Below, one piece after another: positions 38,992-47,631 of a stretch of DNA of 64,000 bases; within the stretch, counting starts at the first letter, position 1, and each line of letters starts with the position of its first letter. The DNA lies in the IMG/VR virus record IMGVR_UViG_3300010052_000216, positions 1 through 64,000 of that record; one strand, 5' to 3'. The position numbers and the translations under genes are program-made. The DNA is from a virus. Taxonomy: Duplodnaviria; Caudoviricetes. The notes under the pieces are model-generated. The model saw only the letters and a list, made by a program, of their open reading frames with translations, ran no database searches and was not told the DNA's origin.

Positions 38992-39341
38992 GCGTCATCC
39001 TGGAGTTGGCACAAAAAAGAATTGAATCTCGATTGGTTCGTTAGCATCGCGACGCGAGCTCTAATGACCAATTTGATCAACGGACGATGATGTTTCTTCA
39101 ATATCTTCGGATGGCTATTCTATAATCTAAAGCAATACATGCAGAGATTAGACCCTTGATCTAATTCAAGGGCATGAAAAAGGCCCCAGCCATTAATCGC
39201 TGAGAATCATGCAATTAATTGTTTCTCGTCAGCGATTGTAAGGACCTTACTGTAGTGGTGCAAACTTGCCCGAGCGGCGACACGGTAATGCTATGCGACT
39301 GAAATCGTAGGACGACTCTAGCAGCTACATTCGTATTCAAC

Positions 39342-40271
39342 CTACGTGTTTAATAATCGATTCAGATCTTGGGCAACATCGCGTAAGAAATTGAGTTCTC
39401 GGGCTTCTTCATCTTGAAAGCAACGTGTGACTTCGTAATTGCGAATCCCGGCCTGTTTCGCCAACCAGCGATTTGTCGGAAACGGCAAGAGTCCCGGCGT
39501 TCCCGTCCGTACTTGCGAATCCAAGGCGTGGTCGCGGGCCGCTTGCACATGCTCCTTCAAAACGTCACGCAGCCGATCGATTTTGCCCGCGAAATCCGCC
39601 CGGCGTCGACGTGGGCTCAGCTTTACTCCAATGCTGGCGGGCCGTTGCAATAGTAATTCCGCGAACAGACTGGCATCAACGCGTAACGCTCCGGCCTCGA
39701 GAGTCGTGAACGCTTCGAGCGCAAGGCAGATGTTGGGCAAACATTGCGACCACGCGACGGCGTCAGCTTCGCAGGGCGTGATGACGATAGAAGCTGGCTG
39801 CTTTAAAAGCGCATTTTGGGCAGCAACATCTTGGTAACGATCTGGATGTCTGGCAAACACCACTTCCCAGCGGCGACCATTGATCGTCGGCCGACCAATT
39901 CGCCACAACTGATCAGCGAGAAGTTCTGCGGGCTTGAGTGCGGTGATGATCGGCGTGAAAGCGAGCCGCAGAACAGACGGCACGTCGATCTTCCATCGCC
40001 GCAGCAAACGCGGATCGATTTCTGAAGGACCGCATTCGGGACAACAGAGATAGGTGTGCGGCGTTCCGCTTGGCGAGAATAACTGCTGACTTTCGGCCAG
40101 CTCGTCGCAACCCCGACAACGAGCGCAGGAAGCGGCCTGCGCCGGACGCAGCAGCTCGGTTTCTAGGAACCGCCAATCGTGCTCAGGAAGCTTGGGACAA
40201 TTGTCCGCCGCGATGATAGCCGGGGTCTGGTTCAAGCGGCTCAAAATCCAAGACCATGGGGCGCGAGACAT
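39342..40271 (-). CDS. Hypothetical protein with a Cys motif and a C-terminal HTH-like segment
   Basis: CARC...CCPEC; C-terminal PTNRWLAKQAGIRNYEVTRCF. Confidence 0.65.
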   Translation of the reverse strand: MSRAPWSWILSRLNQTPAIIAADNCPKLPEHDWRFLETELLRPAQAASCARCRGCDELAESQQLFSPSGTPHTYLCCPECGPSEIDPRLLRRWKIDVPSVLRLAFTPIITALKPAELLADQLWRIGRPTINGRRWEVVFARHPDRYQDVAAQNALLKQPASIVITPCEADAVAWSQCLPNICLALEAFTTLEAGALRVDASLFAELLLQRPASIGVKLSPRRRRADFAGKIDRLRDVLKEHVQAARDHALDSQVRTGTPGLLPFPTNRWLAKQAGIRNYEVTRCFQDEEARELNFLRDVAQDLNRLLNT

Positions 40272-41421
40272 CGATTTGCCAACGTTTTAAGGAATCGCGA
40301 ATGATGGCGACCCGCTCGGGTCGACGATGGTTGAGCGCGCAACAGTTGGGATACGTGATCTCCACTGTCTCAACGCCTGGCTTACGGCCCGGTTTTTCCA
40401 GAAACTCAAACCGCAGCGCCGCTTTGGATACATGCACATCCGCGAGCGAAATGTTCCGCTTGTTGATCCATTCATCAATGGCGGCGTGAATATCATCGTT
40501 GTCGTCGGTAACTTCAATGGTGTTGCGCCGGCCATTCTGGGTACCCATCAGGCGTAATGACCTGATTTGAACACTGATCTTGTCTTGGGGATTGGTGGTC
40601 AGTCGGAACGTCCGATCCTTGAGCAGATCCAGGTCGTAGACGGCATCTGGTTCCCAGGGCGGGAGCGTGATGCCGAAGACTTCTTGGGCAAAGATCTTTT
40701 CCAGGCAGGATTTAATCTTCGGGACCATCTTCGCGGAGAGTTCTAATGATCCCTCATGCCGGTTGTAGGCGAAGACCATGCTAAAGGTACTCCGTATTTC
40801 CACTGGTTGCAGTTCCTGGTGCTCATCATGCGATGTCACTTGCCGCGCGAAATCGTCGGGGTAGGCATAGAAATACAAGATGCCTGACGCATCTTCGCAA
40901 GCTTCCACCGTGCAAACTCCCCCGCGACCTTGGGCGCGAACAAGATACTCCGACAACGCACTCCCCAGCCGAGCCAGGAGAATCCGATTGACATCGATCC
41001 GCTGCTTCGGCAGATCGTTCCGCTTCCGCCACCAAGTGATGCTCGTGGTGCGCAAGATACGCAGCGCGTCTTGGAAATATTCCGGATGCTCGAGACGCGT
41101 CCAAGCCGAGCGGTAATACAGGCCTTCCGTCGGCATGTTGGCCGCGAAGTCTGGCACACCTGCCTTGTTAGCCGCTTGCGTGATGGCCTCCATGCCCTTA
41201 TCGCAAGCCAAGTCAAATATGTCACGCAACTCGTTTTCGATCCGGAGCTGCGACTCGTGCGGCTGAACATTAATGGCATTCTGGAGTTTTTCCACATCCC
41301 GCTCGCGAAGGCCTTTCCAGTTCCAGTGGAACTGGATGTAGCCCTGCTGCCGAAACAACTGTTCGAGCAAGTGATTGGGAACCATCCGTAAGACCGTCGG
41401 AATCGAGAACTGCCGCGCCAT
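40183..41421 (-). CDS. Hypothetical protein divergent from the recombinase operon
   Basis: 412 aa; overlaps the next gene. Confidence 0.7.
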   Translation of the reverse strand: MARQFSIPTVLRMVPNHLLEQLFRQQGYIQFHWNWKGLRERDVEKLQNAINVQPHESQLRIENELRDIFDLACDKGMEAITQAANKAGVPDFAANMPTEGLYYRSAWTRLEHPEYFQDALRILRTTSITWWRKRNDLPKQRIDVNRILLARLGSALSEYLVRAQGRGGVCTVEACEDASGILYFYAYPDDFARQVTSHDEHQELQPVEIRSTFSMVFAYNRHEGSLELSAKMVPKIKSCLEKIFAQEVFGITLPPWEPDAVYDLDLLKDRTFRLTTNPQDKISVQIRSLRLMGTQNGRRNTIEVTDDNDDIHAAIDEWINKRNISLADVHVSKAALRFEFLEKPGRKPGVETVEITYPNCCALNHRRPERVAIIRDSLKRWQIDVSRPMVLDFEPLEPDPGYHRGGQLSQAS

Positions 41422-41612
41422 GATTTTACCTCGACATTTGGGGGTGATCGTTTTCGCTCTAATCTATACAAACGTACACGTAATGCAAGGGTTTTTGCTA
41501 GCATATTTTTGGGTTCTCTTAACTTGCTTTGAGCCAATCACTTGCGTTGCGACTTTGGAATTCATGCCAACTTTTTTGGACACTCGGACCCTCGACCGGG
41601 TAGTTAACAAGC

Positions 41613-41897
41613 ATGAAACACGATCACGATGCAGCTGACATTCAATACTCGCTTGAGCCGTCCGAACTGACGCCCCAGCAGCGGTTTTCTGAAATCGCGG
41701 CTATCTTGGCGCGGGGCGTTCTGCGCAGGCGAAAGATCCTGCGTCTTTCGGAAAACACGGCGAATTTGGCCCTTCCAGAATCTCCTATGGCAGGCCTTGA
41801 TGTTCCGCTACAAACCGTGCTGACTGGTGATCATGGTTTTGGCAAGTCGCCAAACAAAACGAGCCGACAAGGTGGTGGAACACCTAGCCGGCTCTAA
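41613..41897 (+). CDS. Small hypothetical protein leading the recombinase operon
   Basis: LTPQQRFSEIAAILARGVLR; usual position before DUF2924. Confidence 0.55.
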   Translation: MKHDHDAADIQYSLEPSELTPQQRFSEIAAILARGVLRRRKILRLSENTANLALPESPMAGLDVPLQTVLTGDHGFGKSPNKTSRQGGGTPSRL

Positions 41898-41930
41898 CCA
41901 CAACCAGTCCTTCGGAAGAAAGGGCCAATC

Positions 41931-42458
41931 ATGGCTACGGTCGATTCTAGCACTCCGCGCCCAGCGCTCAATGTCGAGAAAGAACTCGCGGCGCTCGAAC
42001 GGATGACGGTGAACCAGCTCCGGGGCAAATACATGGAGATCTTTGGCGAACCGACAAATTCACGCCACAAGCAATGGTTAATCAAGCGTACTATCTGGCG
42101 GATGCAAGCGAACGCCGAAGGCGATCTCTCGGAACGGGCGCGGCGGCGAGCCATGGAACTCGCCAACGACGCCGATCTGCGGATGATGGCTCCCCGCGTC
42201 AAGAAACCGAATCCCGAGGCCGTCGAACGAACGATTACCGTCGAGACCACGATTCAGCCTTCGACGGATTTGATGCCCGGGATGATGTTGCGCCGCGACT
42301 ACAAAGGGCGAGCGGTCACCGTGCTGGTATTGGCGGACGGCTTTGAGTTCGAAGGCGAGCGCTATAAATCTCTGACGGCCATAACGCAAATCGTGACCGG
42401 CAAGCATTGGAACGGGTTTCATTTCTTCGGCTTGCGCAAGAAAGCGGGTGCCCTATGA
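41931..42458 (+). CDS. DUF2924-family protein
   Basis: LAALERMTVNQLR.KY; L.RDYKG...V.V..DGFEFEGERY.SL.AI..IVTG.HWNG..FFGL. Confidence 0.85.
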   Translation: MATVDSSTPRPALNVEKELAALERMTVNQLRGKYMEIFGEPTNSRHKQWLIKRTIWRMQANAEGDLSERARRRAMELANDADLRMMAPRVKKPNPEAVERTITVETTIQPSTDLMPGMMLRRDYKGRAVTVLVLADGFEFEGERYKSLTAITQIVTGKHWNGFHFFGLRKKAGAL

Positions 42459-43957
42459 AATCCCAAAAGAAACCACCCGAGAAGCCGAAGGCGTTTCGTT
42501 GCGCGATCTACACCCGCAAAAGCACCGAAGAGGGCCTTGAACAAGAATTTAACACTCTCGATGCCCAGCGCTACGCCGGCGAAAACTTTATCCGCAGCCA
42601 AGAGGAAGAAGGCTGGGTTTGCCTACCGGAACTGTACGACGACGGCGGGTTCACCGGCGCAAACATGGATCGCCCGGCGCTGCGACGTCTCTTGGCCGAC
42701 ATCCAAGCGGGCAAGGTCGATTGCGTCGTGGTCTACAAGGTTGATCGCCTAAGTCGCAGTCTGCTCGACTTCGCCCGGATCATGGAGACCTTCGATCGGC
42801 ACAAAGTCTCATTTGTCAGTGTTACCCAGGCGTTCAACACCGCTTCGTCGATGGGCCGGTTGGTCCTCAACGTCTTGCTGTCCTTCGCTCAGTTCGAACG
42901 CGAAATGATCAGCGAACGGACTCGGGATAAGATCGCCGCCACGCGCCGCAAAGGCAAATGGTCGGGCGGCATGCCGGTGCTGGGCTACGACGTTTTGCAG
43001 ACCAAACTGGTGGTCAACGAGGCCGAGGCGGCCATGGTAGGCCAGATCTTTGAACTGTACCTAGAACAACAGTCAGCCTTGGCCGTCGTTAAGGAAATTG
43101 ATCGTCGAGGGTGGCGAACCAAGCGTTGGACGACGCGGAAGGAGACGGTACGTGGCGGCCGACCCTTCAATCGTAACTCGCTCTACGAACTACTGACCAA
43201 CAACGTTTACATCGGCAAAGTGCGTTATAAGGACGAGGTGCATCCGGGCGAACATCAAGCGATCATTGGCGATGAAGTTTTCAACCAAGTCCAAATGCTT
43301 TTGCAGCGCAACGGTCGCAACGGGGGCAAGACGGTTCGAAACAAGCATGGAGCCTTATTGCGGAATCTGCTGTATTGCACCGCGTGCAAGTGCGGCATGA
43401 GTCATTCGTACACGACCAAGGGAACCCGACTGTACCGGTATTACGTCTGCAATTCAGCACAGAAACGTGGCTGGGAGAGTTGTCCATCGCCGTCGATTCC
43501 CGCGGGCGACATCGACCATTTCGTCGTGGAACAAATCAAAGAAATTGGTCGCGACCCGAATATGTTGAGTGCGGTTCTGAAGCAGGCTCGAGAGAGTTCG
43601 GATAAACAGGTCTTGCTCCTGAAAACGGAACTCAGCAACTTGCGAAACAAGGTTCTGTTGTGCCATATCGGCGAAAATAGAACCGGGGTTGGGCAAACGG
43701 AGCAGAGAATTGCAGAGTTGGAGAATGAACTACGGGCTCTAGAATCGCAAGTCATCAGCGACGATGAGGTCGAAAGCGCACTTAAGGATTTCGACGAGAC
43801 GTGGAATTGCCTATCATCGCGCGAGCAAAGCCGAATCATCTCGCTACTGGTCGAACGTGTCGCCTATGACGGGTTAGCAGGAAAACTTTCAATCGCTTTG
43901 AGACACACGGGAATCTCGGGTCTGGCTGCTAAAAGTTACGAAAAGGAGTCCGCATGA
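42455..43957 (+). CDS. Large serine recombinase (prophage integrase)
   Basis: CAIYTRKS catalytic Ser; YDDGG.TG; VVYKVDRLSRS; recombinase domain; Zn ribbon CTAC...YYVC; coiled coil. Confidence 0.92.
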   Translation: MKSQKKPPEKPKAFRCAIYTRKSTEEGLEQEFNTLDAQRYAGENFIRSQEEEGWVCLPELYDDGGFTGANMDRPALRRLLADIQAGKVDCVVVYKVDRLSRSLLDFARIMETFDRHKVSFVSVTQAFNTASSMGRLVLNVLLSFAQFEREMISERTRDKIAATRRKGKWSGGMPVLGYDVLQTKLVVNEAEAAMVGQIFELYLEQQSALAVVKEIDRRGWRTKRWTTRKETVRGGRPFNRNSLYELLTNNVYIGKVRYKDEVHPGEHQAIIGDEVFNQVQMLLQRNGRNGGKTVRNKHGALLRNLLYCTACKCGMSHSYTTKGTRLYRYYVCNSAQKRGWESCPSPSIPAGDIDHFVVEQIKEIGRDPNMLSAVLKQARESSDKQVLLLKTELSNLRNKVLLCHIGENRTGVGQTEQRIAELENELRALESQVISDDEVESALKDFDETWNCLSSREQSRIISLLVERVAYDGLAGKLSIALRHTGISGLAAKSYEKESA

Positions 43958-44343
43958 TCACGCTTGAAAGATCGATTACATTTTCTAAGGTTCGCTCGAC
44001 TTCGAAACAGAAGAGTGAAAGGCAAATCAAAGCGGAAAAGGCGCGAGTTCCGCGTATATCTCGCTTGATGGCACTCGCCATTCGATTCGACCAGTTGATT
44101 CGAGATGGCATAGTGACGGATCAAGCGAAACTTGCACAGCTAGGAAAGGTGACACGTGCACGGTTGACTCAGATCATGAATTTGCTTTGCCTATCACCGA
44201 TAATTCAAGAGCAAATCTTACATTTACCTCTAGTCTCAAAGCAACAGAAAGCTATTACCGAGAAACAATTAAGGCCAATATCATCGATTCCCGACTGGAA
44301 TCAACAGTTAAAGTCTTGGATAACAATAAACGCTCACAAATAA
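43954..44343 (+). CDS. Small accessory protein of the LSR module
   Basis: PRISRLMALAIRFDQLI..G...DQA.LA.LG.VTRAR.TQIMNLL.L.P.IQE.IL; overlaps the LSR stop. Confidence 0.7.
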   Translation: MITLERSITFSKVRSTSKQKSERQIKAEKARVPRISRLMALAIRFDQLIRDGIVTDQAKLAQLGKVTRARLTQIMNLLCLSPIIQEQILHLPLVSKQQKAITEKQLRPISSIPDWNQQLKSWITINAHK

Positions 44344-44402
44344 ATGGTGAAGATGTATTTGGGAGTCAACCACCTTACGTATTTGCCAAATGCATGCGTT
44401 CA

Positions 44403-45446
44403 TTAACTCTTAATCGGCTGCAATGTCTGACCCTCAATTCTCAGTAATTCTTCTAAGGTGTAATTCGTATCGTAAATGACAGGGCTGTTATTTCTGCTGT
44501 ATATCTTCAGAACAATTCGTGCGCCATCTCTTAACTGTTCTTCTAGTGGTTTGGTGTAGATTTCATGACCTGATCTTGAGTGAATCAGCATTTGCTGCGA
44601 GAACATGCAGGCCACTGATTTAACTGCTAATTGGCCTGGATGGATGTTTTCTAGCTCCATAATATCGGCAGAGTATTGGTCAGATAGATCTGGGTAACGA
44701 GCCGCATGCCGTACTAAATCTTTCTCAGAGAATGTACCGATATGACAGTGAGGGGCTACCTCCATCCTGACTACAACATTTTCAGCAGTTGCATTTCCGA
44801 TATTTGTCAAATGAGCATAGATCCCAATGCTGCTCAACTCTTTCTTGGACCTTTTGATTTGAAGTTCGAGATCATAAGCCGGACTGAGTTTCGGGTAGAA
44901 CATAGCCTTTAGAACTTCGTGATGCATGACATAGCAAGAATCAAGACTGCGAAGGTAGTACGCACCATGAAACATCCCTTGATATGGCTTGTGTTGACCA
45001 TTAGGAACAAGCACAACGACTATGCCTTTCTTGCCGTCACTATCCATCACATAAGGAATTATTTCTATTCCACCCAATTGTGGTCGAATGAAGTCAAACT
45101 TTGCTTTTCGAATGTATTCAGCAGTTTCTACGCAGTCTTCCAGTAAGTCCAACTTTTGAACAACATCCCTTTTATCTTCTTTTGTCTTATCGTCATTCGC
45201 ATAAACACCAATAATGAGAACCCCACCTTCGGTATTTGCGAAGGCAGAAAAAGTTTCGCATAGCGCCTCCCTTAATTGCTTGAACTTCTGCTTCGTAGAA
45301 ACCCCTGCTTTAACAATTTCGCCTGACTTGAATTCAAGAAATTCATCTTCCTGCCAACCTTCGTCGATTCTCGACTTCAACCAAGCATCGAGGTCGCCCT
45401 CGTTTTCTTGAATTTCTCTGAATAATGTCTCTGCTCTAGAATTCAT
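44403..45446 (-). CDS. Schlafen/AlbA_2 domain protein with a beta-rich (Ig-like?) C-terminal domain
   Basis: EDEFLEFKS; SAFANTEGGVLIIGV; C-terminal HLTNIGNATAENVVV; GAGGA RBS at ATG 45446. Confidence 0.8.
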   Translation of the reverse strand: MNSRAETLFREIQENEGDLDAWLKSRIDEGWQEDEFLEFKSGEIVKAGVSTKQKFKQLREALCETFSAFANTEGGVLIIGVYANDDKTKEDKRDVVQKLDLLEDCVETAEYIRKAKFDFIRPQLGGIEIIPYVMDSDGKKGIVVVLVPNGQHKPYQGMFHGAYYLRSLDSCYVMHHEVLKAMFYPKLSPAYDLELQIKRSKKELSSIGIYAHLTNIGNATAENVVVRMEVAPHCHIGTFSEKDLVRHAARYPDLSDQYSADIMELENIHPGQLAVKSVACMFSQQMLIHSRSGHEIYTKPLEEQLRDGARIVLKIYSRNNSPVIYDTNYTLEELLRIEGQTLQPIKS

Positions 45447-45670
45447 CTTGTCCTCGTGGTGAATTGTGTACACTGCTGGTATGAAAGCCGATGATCTCGA
45501 GAAAATGAGTGGGGATGCTCTTCAGACTTTCCTGTTGGCTCATTATTCAACTACACGGCTTAGCAGCGAAGCATGCTTTCGCGCGATTCTCTATCGTATC
45601 GTAGCCGTGAGGAAGGAGTGGATCCTTGAGAAATTCTCTAGCGACGCGTGGTTGGCGGTGGCATGGGAGA

Positions 45671-46537
45671 TCAAGAAGTAGTCGTGCCTGAAGGTGTTTC
45701 TATCTCAAACTCCTTAATAGGAGTCATTTCTGGGAGTTGGATTCTTTTGAAAATTGAATGCGATTCAGGCAATCCAATATTTTCAATTATTTTGTAAACC
45801 AAAAGCTGACCTGAAACATTGTGATCGTTTTGAGTCGCATTATAAACTTTCACTTTGCTGCTACGTCGCTTATTAAGACTAAATTCCGATAGAAGCAACA
45901 AATGCTTCGCACAAACAATCATGTCCGGAACCGAGTGCGTTGGAAACAAGACCGCAGCGTTCTCACGCAAACGATTCTCAAAAGTTCCCGAAATAGGTTC
46001 AACCATTCGCATATCCTTGTCTAAATCAAAAGCATAGATACCGCTAAACAGGTTTCCTACTCGGTCTAATCGCGAATTGTGAATTAGCAGCTTCGCTATT
46101 GCTATATTGACTAATCCTTCTTTTAGGTTCTTTGAAGTTAAACGTTTTTTGACTTCGATTATTCCTCTCACCGCATCAGGCAAAACAACCACAAATTCGC
46201 CAGAACGCATAATAGGGGCATACTCAGAACTGTCATGAATGATGATGTCAATTTGGGGTGACGCTCCAATTAAAGACCCTTTCTTCTTCTTTTTGTAGAT
46301 CGAAATATCTGTTGTTTCGCCAATAATAAAGCCCGTATCAACACTGAACCTCGACGGAAGAGAGTTCCTTAGGAATGAACGCACGATATCCTCGCAATAA
46401 CCACCTTCGGAGGGATGGTGGTGCTTTTTGCCGATCAGTCTCTCGACTTGCTGGTACAGTTGCAGCATTGACCGAGCTTCATTGCTATGGAACTCTGCAA
46501 GATTTATCAGCGGTGCATTCTTTGGAGTTTCAGACAT
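45671..46537 (-). CDS. DUF6602-like PD-(D/E)xK nuclease
   Basis: EGGYCEDIVRSFL..LP.RFSVDTGFII; SPQIDIII.D; IIEVKK. Confidence 0.7.
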   Translation of the reverse strand: MSETPKNAPLINLAEFHSNEARSMLQLYQQVERLIGKKHHHPSEGGYCEDIVRSFLRNSLPSRFSVDTGFIIGETTDISIYKKKKKGSLIGASPQIDIIIHDSSEYAPIMRSGEFVVVLPDAVRGIIEVKKRLTSKNLKEGLVNIAIAKLLIHNSRLDRVGNLFSGIYAFDLDKDMRMVEPISGTFENRLRENAAVLFPTHSVPDMIVCAKHLLLLSEFSLNKRRSSKVKVYNATQNDHNVSGQLLVYKIIENIGLPESHSIFKRIQLPEMTPIKEFEIETPSGTTTS

Positions 46538-46542
46538 AGTGT

Positions 46543-47631
46543 TTAAGAATGTGTTGAGTATCGGTTAGTTATAACTGGTGAATCGCCATCAAAAGCGAAC
46601 CCCACACTATGCTTCGCTCGCGTGACAGCAACGTGTAGTTTATCCTTAGCTGTTTCTAGATGCTTCAAGTCTCCAGATTCGAGATATTTCTTGATTGGAC
46701 CTGTTGGAGCGATTAACACATGGTCGAATTGCATGCCTTTTGATGCTCCATAATTGATGGCATCTTGCTCAAAGGAAGCGGAGTTTTTGTTGTAACGAAG
46801 GACCTGAGGCTGAAATCTACGAATGTAATCAGCAATAACTTCCTTGCCGACAATAAATACACCTTGTAGCGTTGGTACTGAGCTTGTAATTGATACCATC
46901 GGCTCCATGCCGGGCCACAATCCATTTGCGAAATCACAGATCGCTTGATTGCAACGATATGTGTGGTTCATAGCATCTGCAACTTGACACAAACCCTTCC
47001 TTTCCCATTTCTTGACCAGATCAATGACCTTTACGCCAAGGTACTGTTTATTTCTTGGAGAGACGTTTGTTTGATAAATATGCTGCCTAGGGTCGCCGAC
47101 AAGCGTAACACGGATGCCAGAACTCAGCAGTTGGCAAATGAAGTCCCAGTCCCATCCTGAAAGGTCTTGGAATTCATCAACATAAATATCGGTATAAATC
47201 CGCCGCAACCGCTTGGTGACACTGTTGCCTGATAAGTTCTCGCACTCGAAAACGAACTTGGACAACTTGTCTGAGTAAATCCGATTGCCTTCAGCAAAAT
47301 AAAACGGTTTTGTTTTATATTCAGGTATGCCTCTTGCTGATTTGGTGTTTAGAAAACACAAACCATCTATCCTGCCCTCAGAATACTTGGAATTCTGGTA
47401 GGGCCTAGCACATTCTCGAATCAAAAAACCGAACCATGACATCACGTCAACATTCTTAGGAACACCGGAACAAACTTCACCAAACTTACTGATGATTTCT
47501 CGGACATTATTATTTGTGAATGAGATGATCGCTATACGACGTTGCTTGTCACGAATGGCATCATTTACCAGCCGTGTGGTTTTTCCAGACCCAGCACAAG
47601 CAATAACAACACTATTTTGGCTGAAGGGCAT
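46543..47631 (-). CDS. gajB: UvrD-like helicase (Gabija GajB)
   Basis: ACAGSGKTT; VDEFQD; VGDPRQ; YGASKGMQFD; HVAVTRAK; short (362 aa); overlaps the OLD gene. Confidence 0.82.
   Translation of the reverse strand: MPFSQNSVVIACAGSGKTTRLVNDAIRDKQRRIAIISFTNNNVREIISKFGEVCSGVPKNVDVMSWFGFLIRECARPYQNSKYSEGRIDGLCFLNTKSARGIPEYKTKPFYFAEGNRIYSDKLSKFVFECENLSGNSVTKRLRRIYTDIYVDEFQDLSGWDWDFICQLLSSGIRVTLVGDPRQHIYQTNVSPRNKQYLGVKVIDLVKKWERKGLCQVADAMNHTYRCNQAICDFANGLWPGMEPMVSITSSVPTLQGVFIVGKEVIADYIRRFQPQVLRYNKNSASFEQDAINYGASKGMQFDHVLIAPTGPIKKYLESGDLKHLETAKDKLHVAVTRAKHSVGFAFDGDSPVITNRYSTHS

Larger units (their letters stand above)
1..44343 (-). mobile_element. Temperate siphovirus-like prophage with a large serine recombinase; left end outside the window, right end 44.3 kb or possibly ~49.5 kb
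   Basis: Syntenic run of sigma, replication, terminase, portal, capsid, neck, tail tube, chaperones and tape measure genes on the minus strand, plus a DUF2924-LSR module; no frameshifts seen in core genes. Confidence 0.9.

Noticed and set aside
44371-44379. CACCTTACG resembling the IS right end
   Set aside because: A 9-bp match without flanking similarity
45466-45681. 71-aa plus-strand ORF between the nuclease and Schlafen genes
   Set aside because: Antisense to the operon, no recognisable motif; coding status unsupported
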